Notes under the pieces: generated by a model
Databases searched by the model: none
The model's input: the letters and a program-made list of their open reading frames with translations, nothing else
Told to the model about the DNA's origin: nothing
Source: Lingula anatina
Lineage: Eukaryota > Animalia > Brachiopoda
Direction: 5' to 3'
Length of the DNA stretch: 64,000 nt
Assembly: GCA_051362555.1 (NCBI GenBank)
Contig: CM120644.1
Span: 18,002,534-18,066,533, forward strand
Made by a program: the position numbers and the translations under genes
Part shown: positions 63,253-64,000 of the stretch, piece by piece
Numbering within the stretch: position 1 is the first letter of the stretch
Layout: each line of letters begins with the position of its first letter

Positions 63253-64000
63253 ACGGGGAGACATAGAGCATGTAAATGTCATCCACTTATCTCAGGACGA
63301 GGCAAGTAATCTCATTCCTCTGTTCCTTGTATTGGAGTAAGAAAAAAAAAATTCTTTGAATAATTCATCACTTCACTCTGAAAGCTGATATATCACCTGG
63401 CGATACATGTGCAACAATTCTCATGCGCAATGCGTAAAATCTTAGATTTATTGTGTAAAACAGTTTAACAAAAACAACGTTCTATAGGTAGCAGCAATAT
63501 AACGCATTTATTTAAAAAATGTTGTCATTTGCCTAGGAGGTTCATAAATTTTCTCAGAAACAGTCGGGTAATAAAATCTTAGACATTTGTCGCAGTAAAA
63601 CAAGTTCTTTTTAAAAAGCAGCATAATATGGCTTAATTCTGTCATGTTTAAAATATCTATTGCACACAGTGGTGGAACAATGTACAATTTGTAATAAATT
63701 TTCGGGCTGCAACAATTAACTTCAATAGTTTTTCTAAAGACGCATTTCTGAATGAGTTAAAACGACGATCTTTGAAACAAGTACTTCAATTTGGGAAACA
63801 ATGTGCAGAGAATCAGAAACAAATAAATATCAGGTAACATGAGATATGTATCCTACTTAACGTCTTTACATAATAACCCTCATTGTTGTACGCATTGGAG
63901 TCCTGAGAGAGGAGAGGAGCAGACATCAAGAAATGTGAGACATTGTAAAACATTCATGAGGAGGAAATTACGAGTGTTCCGGTCAAATAAGCTCGGCAAC

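Overview
AT-rich, intron-containing animal genomic DNA; the gene set and repeat families suggest a marine lophotrochozoan, probably a mollusc (inference). Exons were assembled by hand from GT-AG boundaries and phase matching. Genes found: TMEM98 (+, 5 coding exons, poly-Q tail); a spliced minus-strand transcript with no convincing long ORF (~12.6-15.6 kb); an orphan coiled-coil gene (+, ~553 aa); a BHMT/homocysteine S-methyltransferase-family gene (-, first exon not located); a two-domain GNAT (YitH/HolE-like) acetyltransferase (-); and a divergent Go-opsin-like (Group 4) opsin (-, 5' exon not located) that keeps K296/E181 but has lost NPxxY. The most novel feature is a tandem pair of duplicated genes (-) for ~148-aa secreted proteins, each made of two copies of an unrecognised 5-cysteine module (C-xx-MQ-x-VC...CxCGS...VGC[ND]W). 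Their upstream regions appear more alike than their gene bodies. Non-coding space holds many MITEs (at least six with 5-bp TSDs, several Tourist-like), two Helentron/HINE-like elements, two LINE 3' remnants, and mini- and microsatellites. No rRNA, intact tRNA or CRISPR array was seen. All identity values are by-eye estimates.
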